Source of the DNA: Vicugna vicugna
Lineage: Eukaryota
NCBI GenBank assembly: GCA_013265495.1
Contig: MU058065.1
Coordinates: 2,519,003-2,583,002, forward strand
DNA: 64,000 nt
Reading direction: 5' to 3'
In this document: positions 50,301 to 64,000 of the stretch, piece after piece
Layout: each line of letters begins with the position of its first letter
How positions within the stretch are numbered: position 1 is the stretch's first letter
Program-made: the position numbers and the translations under genes
Notes under the pieces: generated by a model
Database searches by the model: none
Told to the model about the DNA's origin: nothing
What the model saw: the letters and a program-made list of their open reading frames with translations, nothing else

Positions 50301-51779
50301 CTCGGGGTCGGGGGAGCCCTTTCAGCTGAGGGATGGAACATTGTAGGTGGGGTGATGAGAGCCTTATGTGGTCTCAGTATGGGTCATTTCCACGGGAGGG
50401 AACGCGTGCATGCGTGCGTGTGTGTGTGTATGTCTGGGTGGGGAGGAGATGCAATCCTTGAATGGCCAAAAGGCAATGAGAGGGCTCTGCATACCTTGGG
50501 GAAAACACTGAATGTAGGTTTTCCTGCTTTATAAAATTCCCCTGACTCTTCTGTCCAATTATCATGCAGTTTCATGGAATTCTAGAATCGATAAGTGGAA
50601 GAGATCTTGGAGGTGAATTATCTCGACAGAGTTTCTAATAAGTGGTCTTTACTCAAATACCTCACAGGGCAGTGCTTTGAATTGAAGATTATGGAGAGAT
50701 CCAGGACATTTTTGCTGCTTAAAGCTGAGGTACATAGTAATATGCCATACTTTGCAGATATCCACATTATCTGCCTATTGTATATTCTCTTCAATTTTCT
50801 GCTTCATGCAGTCAGTCAACCCTAGTATCCTAAATCAGCCGTGTGACTATTTCCATGCCGGCCCTAAGCAGACATGAGACCTTGGCACATGACTCCACCC
50901 AACAGAAACTTGCCCTAACTGTGATGTGGGAATATTCAATTGGGAGGTTAGAAAATGAGAGCAAGTTAACTGACAAGACACAGCTGATGTGGCCCCAGGA
51001 TGGACTTGACACACAAATCAGTGGGATGACAAACCCTGTACTCTCTCTGCTACACCATGTTGCTTTTTCTCAAAGTCCCAGTTACACTTGAAATTCCCTG
51101 ATTCCCCAACGGTGACATTTCAGGCACCAGGATTGGCAGTTAGGGAGATATTTTAATTTGAGATATATATTCTCTGCCTGACTTCTCTCGGATACCAGTC
51201 AGCGAGCATCTTTGCCTTTTTTGCAGTGTGTCTCCATATCCTAGCTATTGAGTCATCAGGTTTATTTCTGATCCAAGTATATTTTTTATAAGTGTTTTAT
51301 TCAGTACATTGCTCTCTAGATAAGAAATTAAGCTCTAAGTATCATTCAAGGATGTAGATGACAAACTAGTTGGGATTAGGGCAATACTGCCCCTTTCCCT
51401 GCCCAGAAACCTCCCTTCAGCAGAAGTCAAGGAGTAACTTGAGCCCTTGAGCCCAGAAGGAGAAAGAAACCCCCCTCTACGCTAAGACTGCACCCCTTTG
51501 TAGGACTCCATGCCTCTATCAGGAGTCAGATGGCCTTGTATGCTTTTGGCAAGACCGCCACCTACCACCCCTTTCTTTCCCCTCAACATTCACAGCCTCT
51601 CCACCCCACCCATTTTGAGAATAATCAGGACTAAGCTGATGGTGCCCCTTTATAAAAAGACTTCCAAGCCATCCCTCATTTCCAGTACTCAACCTCCTCC
51701 AAATTTTTATATCACTTTTTTGGACCCCAGTTCCTACTCCTCCCCATATTCTATCCCTTTTTTCACTATGTTCTTTGAT

Positions 51780-54262
51780 ACTCAAAGTCAGTCATTAGGA
51801 GAATCTTCTACACCTTGATTTCTTCTGTGAATATTCTTTTTACCTCCTTTCTCTTAGGAAAACCTACCTCTCCTCTGAGGTTGCTGCTTCCCCTGAAACT
51901 CTCTTCCTTGCTTTTCTTTGCTGCTTGTAGTACATCTTCTCTCCTCCATAAAAATATCCGACTTGGAATCTCATGCCATTACTTACTACCCACCCATTAC
52001 CCCCACTGTTACAGACCTCTGCCATCCCAGGTTACTTATTCCCACTCATTAATCACATCTTTTGCTCACTGTCACTTTTCTAGCACTGCTCCTGTGTTAA
52101 TACTTGTTGATTTCAATATCCATTAAGGTGATCTTTCCAATATTGCCCAGGCTCCATCTTCCATCCCTTACTCTCTTGCCTGGTTATGCCCTTCATCTTT
52201 TCCTTCCTAATAACTGCAACCTATCCTAAATCTGAATTCCAAACATCTCACTCTAACAACCACCTTCTGTATTTCTTCTCTACTCCCTGTAGCACCTTAA
52301 TCCCTTACACTCACCAAAAATGTAATCTATGGAATCTACCATCTTTTCATTCTCTCTTATCCCCTTTATTCTTTACCACCCCCACATTGTCAAGCTTAAA
52401 TTTAATGGTTCATCATTTTAATTACTCCCTTGTAAACATTCTTAACTCCCTCTGTCTCTCAAGTTTCATTGTAATTTCTTTGTTAAACAAGAATTGTAGC
52501 CAAGTCTGATTCTTCACCCACTCTTGCCTTCTCTCCTACAACTGACCATAGCAGAAGAGAACACATAACCACATTGACAGATTTCACTTTAAATTCACAC
52601 TCGTTGACCTCAGGCAGCCCATGATGCTGTCCTGGGATCCTAATATTCCCTTAATTAAATCTTTCTCTCCTGTGACAATAATATCACGCTTTCTCCTCTG
52701 TCCACAAATATCCAATCCTGCCTTCACAATCTCAGGTGATTTTCTTGCTTCGTATTTCACTAAGAAAGATGAAGCAACCAGAGAAGTCTACAAAGTTCCA
52801 TCTCTACTTTTACCTGCCCACTCGCATCTCTGGTGAATTTTCTGCTTTCTGGTTCTTGGGGATAACTCGTCTGTGCTCCTGTCTTTATTAGCCCCTGCTT
52901 GTGCACTTAATCCTGCCCTCTTGCTTACTCAAGGAGCTTGCTTGAGTAATTCTCCCCCTCTTTGTGCATCAAATTTTCCTTCTCTCCTGGATCATTCCCA
53001 TCAGCGAATAGATGGGTTGGTATTTCTCTCATTGGTCAAACCAGCAGAACAAGCATACAGGAACCTCTGCTGATGCCACTTTGCCTTGCGCTTGCTGCCC
53101 ATGTCTCGTCTTCCCTTCACAGGAAGCTCTTTGAAGAGTTGTGTGTACTTATCCACATTTTTGAAAGCTTTTCAGTCAGGCCTTTGCCCCCACTTCTCCA
53201 CAGAAATGGCTTTTATTGAGCAATGACCTCCAGATTGCTAAATCTGATGATCAATTCCAAGTCCGCATCTTATTTGGTTTAGCAATATATGACAATTAGT
53301 CACCTTTTGACATTGAAGTGCCTTTTTGCTTGGTGTCTAGGCCATCACACACGCCTGACTCTCCCTCTAACTCAATGGCTACTCCTTCTCAGTCTCCTTT
53401 GCTGTCCAGTTTTATTGCCCTGAACTTGGAACACTGGAGACCAGAGCTCAGTCTTCAAACCCTTCTCTTTTCTGTCTACACTCATTCCTCAGGTGATTCT
53501 CACTGAATGATATCACGAACTATTAGGAAACAACTTTCAAATGTGTGTGCCAAGCCCATAATGCTTCCCTAAACTCCACTGATGTCTAAATAACACCCTT
53601 GCGTGGCCGTCCAACATGTGTCTCAGAGGTGACATGGCCACAGAACTTCTGTGGATCCCCCCCGCCGCTTCCTTTGCATTCTAAGTACAGTAACCAATGT
53701 GATCTAATTATAATCCGGATCAGATGATACCAAAGGATGAAAGCTGTGATACCTACAGTTACCTAAACAGCCTCCATGACCTGGCTCTGAACTCGTTTCC
53801 TGGTACACTCCCCACCACTCTCTCCTTTTCACCCGCTCTGGCTTTTCCACTGTTCCTGGGATGTGCCAAGCATACTCCCACCTCAAGACTTTCGCATTTG
53901 CTGTTTCCTCCTTCAGAAGTGTCATTTCCCCAAATACCTACATGATTTTCTCCCTCGCCTCCTTCAAGTTTTTTTTTTTGTACAAATATTGACTTCTTGA
54001 CGCCACTCTTCCTGAAACTTCAACTCCTACACACTTATCTTCATTCTTTGCTTGATTTTTTTATCCTTAGCACTTACTGTATTTAACGTTCTAAATTTAC
54101 ACTTTTATTTTCTTTACTACCTACTTCTCCACCACTATCATGTACTCTCCCTGAGGGTAGTTACTGTTTGTTTTTATTCATCGTTGTGACTCTAGCTCCC
54201 TAGATTAGTAACTAGACCATAGAAAGTACACAGACAATAGTTATTGACTAAATGAATAAATT
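51780..54262 (+). mobile_element. Long (about 2.5 kb) degenerate LINE-2
   Basis: Pyrimidine-rich body with endonuclease-like remnant LILVDFNIH, then caatgacctcc..attgctaaatc..atg.tcaatt, ttcgcatttgctgtttcctc and terminus gttattgactaaatgaataaat. Confidence 0.8.
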
Positions 54263-55489
54263 GAGAATGAGGAATAAGGAAGAAAAGAAGGGAAAGAAAA
54301 TAGGAAGAATGGAAATGGACATATCTAGAAGAGTGAGACAAAGTGAATCCTTGATGAAATAATAAAAAGCTAACAATTTTATTAAATCCATATAGATTTG
54401 ATTAGACTCATTTTAAAATTTTCACAGAATTAAATTAATGGGAATTAATTACACTAATAAAATAATTAAATTTTTACAGAATAAAATTGATGAGACAAAA
54501 ATTCTTGATCCAGATTTAAATATCTTACTTTACTGGGTTTTCACCTTTGCCTAAAGGAAATGTAGAAGCAGCATTGGAACTCAATGACCTCTGTAACTGA
54601 GCAGGAAAGGGATAGCTAAGGGCTGTTGGCTTGTGACAACTGGGTCCAGATATTTTTTCAGTTTAACATATGCATTATGAGAAAGGCCTATGCCATGATT
54701 AGACAATCCTCTAAAACGCTGTAGTTTTCTAGCATTGCAAAATTATAGTTATTTTTGTATTTTTATCAATATAGATGAGAATTACAGTTATTTTACCCCA
54801 GAGAAGAAAAAGAAATTACTGCTATTATAAATGCTACGGGAACTGGTCACACGCTGGAATAAGCTACGCCAGCCCAAGTGCGTAGCTACCACGTCTAACG
54901 ACATTTATGCTGTGACTGTTCTTCCGACAGTTGGAAGGCTAGGAGGTCCCGGGGGCTTTGATCAGGGGACTTCTGAAGGGTGAAAAGAACCAGGCACTGA
55001 AAGCCAGTGGAGTTTTCCTGGCGAGTTTAAGTCTTTTGATTTGGAACAAAGATGACAATTTGTCTGCAAGTGTTCAGACAGTGTCTACCTTTTAAAGGGT
55101 TTATTATAGCAATCATCAGCAAGTTTTTTTCTGGAGGGCCAAAGCCACGCATGTCTTTAGAGTTAATTTCCATATCATTTACATATGCCTGCATCCACTC
55201 TGCTTTCTATTCTCGGGGCTTTTTCAAGTGAAAATGTGTTGCTTATGCCTTGAGGTTTGTTACTTTATCAGACATTTTTTTCCCTGATGAACTTTTATTA
55301 AATCATTATCATTGATGTGACTCCTTGACGACACAAGGGAACAGTGGGTGGTAGGGTGGAAGGACTTGGTGAAGACTGAGCTATGAAGTCGATGCTGAGA
55401 CACAATGATGTACGAGTCACATTCATACTTCCTGTCGTTCCAGCACATATTTCTTTCTTGACGCTTTTGCTTCCTCAGGCTGCTGGATC

Positions 55490-55795
55490 TTCCAACATTT
55501 TAGTCGTTCTTCAAGACTTAGTGAACATGGTGTTTCCTCCATTAAGAGCACGCTGATTGCTCTTTTTTCTTAGCTTTCACAGAGATTTTCTTCTACCTTC
55601 GTTGCAGTATTTTTCCCTCTTGGTCTTTCTTCACAGCTGTGGCTAGTCATGTTGACCTGTCTGTCTTACCTGTTAATATAAGCTCTCCGAAGTCACAGAC
55701 CTGCTCTGAATAGCCGCTCAGTGTCCTCTACAGTGCCCAGCCCATACCTCTTTCATGTGAGCTGCTTAATATACCTGTGCTGAATGAATGAGCAG
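55490..55795 (+). mobile_element. LINE-2 3' fragment
   Basis: acagtgcccagccca...gctgcttaatatacctgtgctgaatgaatga. Confidence 0.6.
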
Positions 55796-58700
55796 ATGTT
55801 AGCAAGCACACCTTCCTCTTTGTTGTCTTGTGATTTATAGAACCTGTGCACCTACCTTCTGTAACCTCAGCTCAATTAGATAGAAAAGAATGAAGTGTCT
55901 ACTATGTATTCCCACATGGTCATCTGAAGGGATCTTTCGAACTTGATGTTTTCAGAACACCTGAAATTCCAGAATGGTACCATGGTTTATGCTTTAAAGA
56001 ATATCTAATTTAATATTTGCCTTAAATTGAATTTGAACCCAGCTGCAGCTCCCCATACTGGCATCTCTTTTTAACTGGCCATTTTCTAATCCTGAGATCT
56101 AGGAACAGCCAAGAGCTTGCTATTTTTAACAACTAAGTTTTCACACATGTATTACAGGGTGAATTTGGACAACCACATAATAATTAGCCTTTCTAATATT
56201 GGCTGGCATATCAGCTCCTGGTATCACAGACTTTGATTCCTGAAAGTCCTCTGACCTGATGGACTGGAACATTTACTTGGAGAAGAGCCTTTGGTGCTAA
56301 TAAAAAGCAAAACAAAACTGAGTAAAATCCTGGCTTTGCTATTTATTTGATCAGGCACTTAATCTGGCTGGATATGAGTTAGGGATTATATTTACCTTAT
56401 GGGGTTATTGTAAGGATTTATTAGTGATGTGTGTAAAGTGGCTTTATAGTGCCCAGATCAAAGGAGTGGCTAAATATATAAGACAGAGTTTCCCAATCAG
56501 TTAATCAAACAGCATTATTAACCCTTGCAATGCGTAAATGTTAGTATTAGGCATTATGTAGAGAAAGGGAAATAGGGATACACATAATTTATTTCCAAAA
56601 AAAACAAACCACACTGTGACAGCACTTTTATTCCCTTTACAAACAGGATTATTTCTCATGATGCTGCTATTTTGAGAAAGTGATTTGTAGTGAGGCAACA
56701 AGTTCTGATTCCATCTGTCATGGGTTCCAATTTAACTGGGGCCATTTCATGGGAATTGGAATATTCAGAAGTCTGTGGGTGGTATGAACCAACACTTCAA
56801 GTTTATTTTAAGCTTAAAACTCCAATTCATGCTAAAGTTATCCAATATGGGCAGGGAAAGCTGATGAGATCAAGTTCCAATTTCACATATTGTCCTTTCT
56901 ACACACTGTGCAAATTACATCATTTTTAAAAAATGAATTTCCAATGAGATAATGAAGACTGTTTTGATTTTATTTATCCCCTACATCCCAATGATGATAC
57001 AGTGATAAATTAACCCCTGCAGACTTAACATAGATGTTTAAACCACAGTGTTTTAAAAATGCAACAAAATTTTTAAAAGAAAAAACAGAATTATTTCTTC
57101 TTGGTCTTCCCATTCATAGGCATTAAAGAGTGAACTGACAGAAAAATAAATAAAGCAGAAGCCTTTGAGTGATGTCCCACAATTCAGTTCATTCTGAACC
57201 AACAGGTTGCCATGGTAGCAGGAGAGTCAGGGTTACGGCACCAGCATCGTTCTGCAATGTGAAGTCAGCACAGCGCAGGAGGCGCTTCAAAATTCATGAG
57301 ACTGGTGGAAGCAATTTTGTGCTTTAACCTTCAGGCTTCCTGCAACTCTAAGAACATACAAATAAGAAGGCTGCAGTGCCAACCTGAGCCTCTTTGGTGG
57401 GTTAGCAGCCTTTCCAGCGTGCTGCATGGAGCAAGCCACGATCTGTGCTTTCTGTTTATTGAGCTTAAGATTTGATCCTGGTAATATTCATATTGTTAAA
57501 GGAAAGTTACATGCAACAAAGAATAATGAGAAGAGTTTCTAATTTTGTGTGCTGTATTCCTATTCATTTCTAGTCAGAGCTAAACTAAAGATTTAATTTT
57601 AAAAATGTGTGTATTCAGATACACGGCAACTGTATCGTAACTGAAATGGTTGGAGCACAGCATTCAATATAATATAAAATGTTCACTTTTAAGTCTGTCC
57701 GTGGTGTGAAAAATACCTTCTTAATATGTGTAAATAGATGTGATATATGACATACATGGGATAATACATATGAATATATATTGTGCACATGAACATAATA
57801 TTTGTGCATTAAAAAGGCATTTTCACACAGTGAACAGACTCATATGATATGCTCATGTTACTGTTACCCACACACATATGCAAATATACATAAGTATACT
57901 GATTATTTATTTTACATATTTAAAGTCTTAATAAGTTTAACAATTGTTAATGTCACTTAGTATATGCTGCCCATTCTCTCCTCGTATGGAATTGTTGTCT
58001 CCCCTTTACCCAGGTGAAACCCTAAACTTTTCTGTGAATGCAGCTGTGACTATAAAATTAAAGAAAATAGCTATAAAAAGACAGAAGTCAACAGACCAGG
58101 CTGGGTTTTTTTTAATGAGTAGTTTACTCTTATTTGCTATTAACTGGAAGCATTCTGGGACTTGGGGTCCATACTGAAGCCTAGCATACCTTCATGGAGG
58201 TGCTCCAATAGGGACTTCAGGGGAGGAAGGATGTGCCACCATGACGCTCCACACCTCAGTGACCTGGGATATCCCGTTCGCTCCATCTGGATGGTCCTCC
58301 ATCTTGTCTTTCTACCAAGTTTTTGTTCATTCTTTAAGATGCGATCTTTGTGAAGCTTTTTCAGACATTGCTTTGTCTTACTTCCCAGCCTGTACACCCT
58401 GCCTTCACCATCTTCCCACATCCAGTCTTTTCCTTCTTTGTAGTAACTGCTCCTTCACCAGCACTTACTGCATTCTATTGTAATTATCTATTTACATGCA
58501 CCTCTCTGATAAAATATTGAGCTTCTTAAGGACAGGGAACATGTAGTGAGGAACTATGTATTTTGTGTCTGTTTCTGTATGTTCAGCATCCCACTCCCTC
58601 TTTCTTCTGATCACACCATTGCACGTGGCTTCAGGGACTACATCTCCCCATGTCACATGTATGTGTTGGGGCTACTGAATGTGGCACCTCACCACCTGAA

Positions 58701-59176
58701 ACCACAGAGCCACATGGAGTCCTGAGTTTGATCAATGGTACTCCAACCTTTTATCGATGGTTTAGGGATGGGCATTGATCTGATTTAGGCTAAAGAGAGT
58801 TCTTCTCTAAGAATTTATATATGGATGCTATGAGAGACTTTATTGGAACTTTGAATATTTTAAGCCTATGTGTGTCTATTGTCTTATTGGATTCCAAGGC
58901 ATGAGGTTGATGAGGGTCATGGCAGACAGAAGAACATGTCCAGGGGACACAGGTGAGACTTAATTTACCAGAGGCTACTACCAATCACTGACAAAACTTA
59001 GAGAGATCAGACTATGAGTCAGGTCAGCCTGGAAATCCAGCAGAGTAACCAGCCTTCAGTTGGACAAGGGATATTGTCTCAGGGTGACAGTAGAGTGCTC
59101 CGGGAAGGAGACCCTGAGATGGAGGTAGAGGTGCAAAATGTTTATTGAAGAGTAACACTCTGAAAGAAAAAGGGAG

Positions 59177-59817
59177 TGTTGGTTTATACCCTTGGAGCAT
59201 CTCAGGTGAAATCTGAAACTGGCCCCCATGCACAGAGGGAAGGAGAAACCAAAGAATGAGGCAAACCACTCCAGATTGGTAGACGGAAGTTTTAATAAGC
59301 AAGGGAATTTATGAGGCTTGCCTTGGGTGGCTGCAAGATGAGTAGACCTCCACACCCACTGACCAGAATCTTAAGTCTATATAGAGGCTTCACCTGGGCT
59401 CAGTCATGTATTCAGTTCAGATGGTCTGAACGCCCCCTTATTCTTTCACGGCTGTATCTTTGGAACAGCTCCCACTGTGGGAATGTTGGGCAGGGAGCAC
59501 ACTCCAAAGACAGTCCTTTGCTTAGACCTTGATCAAAGTCACCCAAGAAAAGCAGGACCCTAGTTAGAAAGTTGAATCAGACCCTGAAGGAGCTAACAGC
59601 TGGAGGTTCTCAGCTAATGTCTTGAAACTGGACAGAGGGCTCTTTTCTGAAGGGGGATTTGAGAGCTGCACCTCCATGTCTGCAGCACCTGGAGACCAGA
59701 GGGAGAGATGACACTGCTCCAGAGGACTCCAGTTCTTTCCTGGGGTTTCTAGCACACATACACCTTCCCCTGACCCCTTCCCTGACCCCTTTCCCTGTAA
59801 ACCAGACACCATTTTAA
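59177..59817 (-). mobile_element. Comparatively intact solo ERV LTR inserted in an older LTR relic
   Basis: Minus strand shows TATATA (59378-59383) followed by ATTAAA (59291-59296), ending in CA at 59177. Possible 4-bp TSD ggag. Right boundary uncertain (59808-59824). Confidence 0.6.
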
Positions 59818-61204
59818 GGAGACAAGCAGAAGAGATAGGAGATGATCTAAGAGACCTAGTATTTTTAACAAACGGAAGGTTATTTCCTGAAGAGACTGTT
59901 CAGTGTATTGGACATTAGGTTAATTTGTTTTCCTGGTAACCCAATGATAAGGGCTCAGGAGAATGACTGGATTAGTTATGGGCAAAATAAAGATTTTTAT
60001 TCTCTCTCATTATAAAGAAATAATACTTACATTTTGTGGTCCTGTCATTACTGTTAGATTCATAATGTAGTGTCAGCAAATGGCTACAGGGAAGATCATC
60101 TTAGCTGTGAGTGTGTGCAAAGTACTTGCAAGAGATGATTATTTTTAAGATTTTACATATTTTAAACTTTTTCTTGGTTGAGAGTGTTGTGGGAAAGAGA
60201 AAAATGCTACTTCATTTTCCTTTCCTCTGATAATGTGTTTCTTCCCTTGCATATATACTATAAATCAAGAACAGAGTGTTAGGAAGAAAATTGGGTCTTT
60301 GCAGTGAAAGCATATTGGAGGATAACTTTCGCCTAAGGATTTCAAAGTAATTTGATTTACTGATGGCATGTTACACATTGTAGCTCATGCATTCTGACTG
60401 TGTCCCAGGACACAGCAACACATTCTGGCTGACTTCTTTGTAATGGATGCAACAACTAAACTTTGGGTCATGTGATGAGGTCAAACTACATAGAATATTG
60501 GAGCTGAAGCCAGAAGAATAAGAACTTTACTTTCTGCTTTATTCATTCAGTCTCCTTCATTCTGATTTCATTCATTCATTTTCATTTTGCTATTTAAGTA
60601 ATTTTATTATTTTTTATTCATTAAATATAGGGCACTAAATGTTAGAATGACAAAGATAAGTAAGACATACAATTTTGCCTTTGAGAGGCTCACAATCTAG
60701 TTAGGCCAACTGCCTTATGAAAGTACTTATTTGGGAAAAAACATAAAATAGAGCTATTTTACACATACTATAGAACATGAGGAATGAGATATGTAGGGGA
60801 TGATCTGTGAAACAGTTTCAGTTTGTCTGCTTCATGAAGTAAATACAAAAACTTGATACGGACAAACAAAACAAGACAAACACATCAAATCAAGCAAAAT
60901 AAAACAAAACAGATCTAGGTTATAGGCACACCTGTAAAGCCCCAGCAGGTTTTATACAAACCGCCAGGCACTTTTAGATGGCCTTCCCCACCCTCATGCA
61001 TAATGACTCTCCCTTTATCTTCTCTGAGGATTCTGGGTCATATAAAAATCCTGGGAGCTAGGGTCTTGGAATAACAAGGTGTTGTGTTAGCCCAGAGGCT
61101 GGCCTTATTTTCTGCAGGAGGACGATAGTGAGAGGAGAATGTGCAAGGTGGACCTGAGTTGCTGCCTGTGGACTTTACCTCTTCCCGTGTCCTAGTCCAG
61201 TATT

Positions 61205-61370
61205 TCTCACCCTTTAAGGTACACACAGATCACCTGGAGATCTTGTAGAAACACAGCTTCTTGTTCAGAAGCTCTGAGGTGGGGCCTGGGATTGTGCATT
61301 CTAACAAGCTCCTCCTGTGTGTGGCTGATGTGGTCGGTCTGAGTTCTGTAGTTTGAATAGTAAGCCCAGA
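61205..61370. mobile_element. MER5-like DNA transposon relic
   Basis: gatcacctggagatcttgt.gaaa...tctgaggtggggcctgggattgtgcattctaacaagctcc. Confidence 0.8.
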
Positions 61371-64000
61371 AACGTATTGTTTCTGGATGGGGTGGAGGAG
61401 AGCAAAGATGTGCTCCTGCAACTCTATTACTCCTGCTGACCTTATCATTAGTCTGGGACAACTGAGATATAGATGGATATTCTTGGGCATCACTAGATTT
61501 CCTATTTTTCTGCACTATCTCTTCCTGGGACCCCTTTCTGTCTTCCATCTGTACCCAGAATCTCCTATACAGACCTTCATCTTCTCCCTCTAAGAACAAT
61601 GGATAAGGAATCAGAAGATCTGAGTCCATGTCCTGATCACAATTAACTGTGTATGTCAGGCACTTTTACATTGCTCCAAGCTCAGTCTCCTCACTTGTAA
61701 AAACAAGCAGACACCAGATGATGTATAGAGCCATCTATAGACCCACCCAGCACAAGCATTTACGGGTCTGCAAATGCCATGTCTGTGAGGACACTGTGGT
61801 CATCTTACCCTGCTGTATCGGTTCCTCTCCAGGAGGGCTGCACTGGGTTTACACTGATCTCTCATGGTAGAATGAGATGTCGGAGTCCCTGATGGTGGAC
61901 CGCCCTAACAGCAAATATGTGGTGAGTGGGGCGGATGTCCTTCCTAACGTCTCTGAACTTTCAGTATAGAAGCTGCCTCTTCCTCCAAAAGGTGCAACTG
62001 GTGGTTTTGGAAGGGAACACGAAAAGAGGGAATGATGCTACTGTTTTTTGAGGAACAGCATCATGCAGGCTTTTTTTCCCAAGAGTGATAGGAAGGCCAT
62101 GGATGTGAAAGTGCGAAAATCCAAGAGGCACATATTCATTCTGAAATTGATTCTGAAGTGACATCCTGCCTCTGTGGGAATCATATCACCAAAGAGGTGA
62201 TTCATGAAATCTTTAATAGGCCACTGGGCATCAGGAAGTGCAGCATCTTCTGCTATAAAGTTCACAGAATCGATTAATCCAGTCACAGACCCTGTAGGTT
62301 AAATATGTTCTCTGTTCTCAGTCTTCTCGACCTCATTCTGATAAGCAACTTCCTGAGATCCCTGGGGACAAATAATTCTTCCAGAGATCAGAAGGGGGAG
62401 AAGAACACGAGGCTATTCAACGTGAAGAGAAATTTATGGTAAAAAGGAAATAAAGAAGGATGAATTCTTCCATTCTTTTTCCACCTGTCACACACATTTT
62501 ACCTCCACAAGACTGACAGCTGCCTCTACAACACTGACTGTGATTTTATGTGTCTTTGAATGTATTAAGTCCTTTAATACTTTATATGCAATGGAGTATT
62601 AGCTGGAGTGTCTTGGTGTTGAGGACTTATTACCGATGTAACCAAAGTGCTAGTCTTCAAATAGAAGATAGAGAGCCTAGATTGGAAGCCACACGTGATT
62701 CTCCTCCCTGTGGCTTTCATGGCACTTTCTGCCTAGTTCTGCTCCTAGCCGTGGGAGCCTTGGTCTTTGGTCTTCCCTAATGGATCAAGAGCTTGGAACG
62801 GACTACAGAGGGAACACAAAATAGAAGACATTATATACCAGCTTATCCAGAGAAGTACAGGTTTGAGTCTATTGTCTTGTGTCTTATCTGTTTAACATTC
62901 TCTTAAATTTTTCATTTTTAATGATGTGCTATAATTAGAACTTACATTTAGATAAGTTGGGATGGGTTTTGTAGACCCTCCACCGTGCACTTCTAACTTC
63001 CACCATGGTTACACAGTTTTGAGATTCCTGGGCAGAGAACAGAGTTCTTTTAACACATGATTGCATCTGAAAGGCAAGTGGCAGTAACTCATTTCTCTTT
63101 CTCCAACCCTTTCTAGATGCAAGGTAACAATTTCCTTTCAAAGACATTTATGGAGGATGCTTGCTGATGAAGCAAAGTATGTTCAGATACAAGAGGTTAG
63201 GGGAAGCTAACTCTTCCCAGGCTCAGATGGTGGTGGGAGAAGTATTTGAAGCTATTGTCCTTGCTAGCTTTGGTTGTGCTACCCAGTGATGCCATGATCT
63301 TAGCTGTGATCTGTGAGATTCAGGTTGTTGCCAGACTTCCATTTGCTGGGAGCTCAGGTCAAAGGAAAACTCCCAAAACTATAGATTATGTGACCATGAA
63401 ATATGTGTAGGAGAATAACATATTCTTCCATAGAGCACTTGGAAAGTTATTGGAATATTTGCACTATGGTGACTTTATAATTTATTGTATGTTGCAAGTC
63501 AACAGCTGCTTATTTATTTTCTCTGATAGTTAAAAAAAATAATAAGCCTTAAAAACAGAAATGGTCTAATATGATGAATGCATGCTTAATAAATTAAATG
63601 CTAAATTTCTCTTTCTCAGGAAAGTTGATGATGAATTTTTAACTGCTCAAAATTTTGTCCCTATTTGTCATCCACCATGGGAGGTCTCATAATAAAACTG
63701 ACTGTAAAAGAGCCAGGAGGCACAGATCTTTTGAGGTAACATTAGTAACTATTTTAAAAGTCAGTAATTATTTTGTGGACACTTTGCCCAAAACCATTGG
63801 TTTGATATGTGTAGCTGAAGAAGATTAAGGTCTATATCATGACTTTTCATTTAGATCAAGTTACTGCATTTCTAAATTAATTTAACTCATTTTAACTTCC
63901 AGGTAATAGCTGTTAATGTGTTTGCTTCATTAACAGAAGGACTCTGCAGACAAATTCCACCAGTTTAATGTTAGTGTTATTAGGTGTTTTGATAGGAAAC

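Noticed and set aside
51510..53945. Run of + strand 60-107 aa ORFs
   Set aside because: Mostly within a decayed L2 element; fragmented and S/L/P-rich.
57265..57286. CTCF-like or RE1-half-like motif tcagcacagcgcaggaggcgct
   Set aside because: Too many mismatches at core positions for either consensus.
11686..59021. Scattered single AP-1 heptamers (e.g. 11686, about 14211, 18277, 51249, 59015)
   Set aside because: A 7-mer is expected several times by chance in 64 kb. Only sites that are clustered or near the gene were mentioned.
1..64000. A novel multi-gene system or prokaryote-type feature (operon, CRISPR array, IS element)
   Set aside because: The window is eutherian DNA with one known gene. 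There is no repeat-spacer array and no cluster of long ORFs.

Overview
Mammalian genomic DNA, very probably from a camelid (three tRNA-derived SINE copies resemble the camelid Vic-1 family; I recognise no ruminant Bov-type SINEs). It holds one clear protein-coding gene, secretogranin II (SCG2), on the + strand. The gene has a CRE/TATA promoter at about 43.8 kb, a short exon 1 without SCG2 coding sequence, a 3.1-kb intron and a single coding exon (619 aa) carrying LF-19, secretoneurin, EM66, manserin and LA-42 between dibasic sites. The rest is intergenic sequence rich in L1, L2, MIR, MaLR/ERV LTR and MER5-type relics, with an orphan CpG island about 10 kb upstream and one 114-N assembly gap. 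I found no evidence of a new multi-gene system. The best leads are regulatory (a one-base-compressed RE1/NRSE between TATA and TSS, an 8-codon uORF, the bZIP-motif-rich CpG island) and mutational scars (a templated insertion with a 47-bp duplication, a twin-primed L1 coinciding with a host deletion). Repeat family names come from recognising consensus motifs by eye, and repeat boundaries are approximate unless target-site duplications (TSDs) are given.
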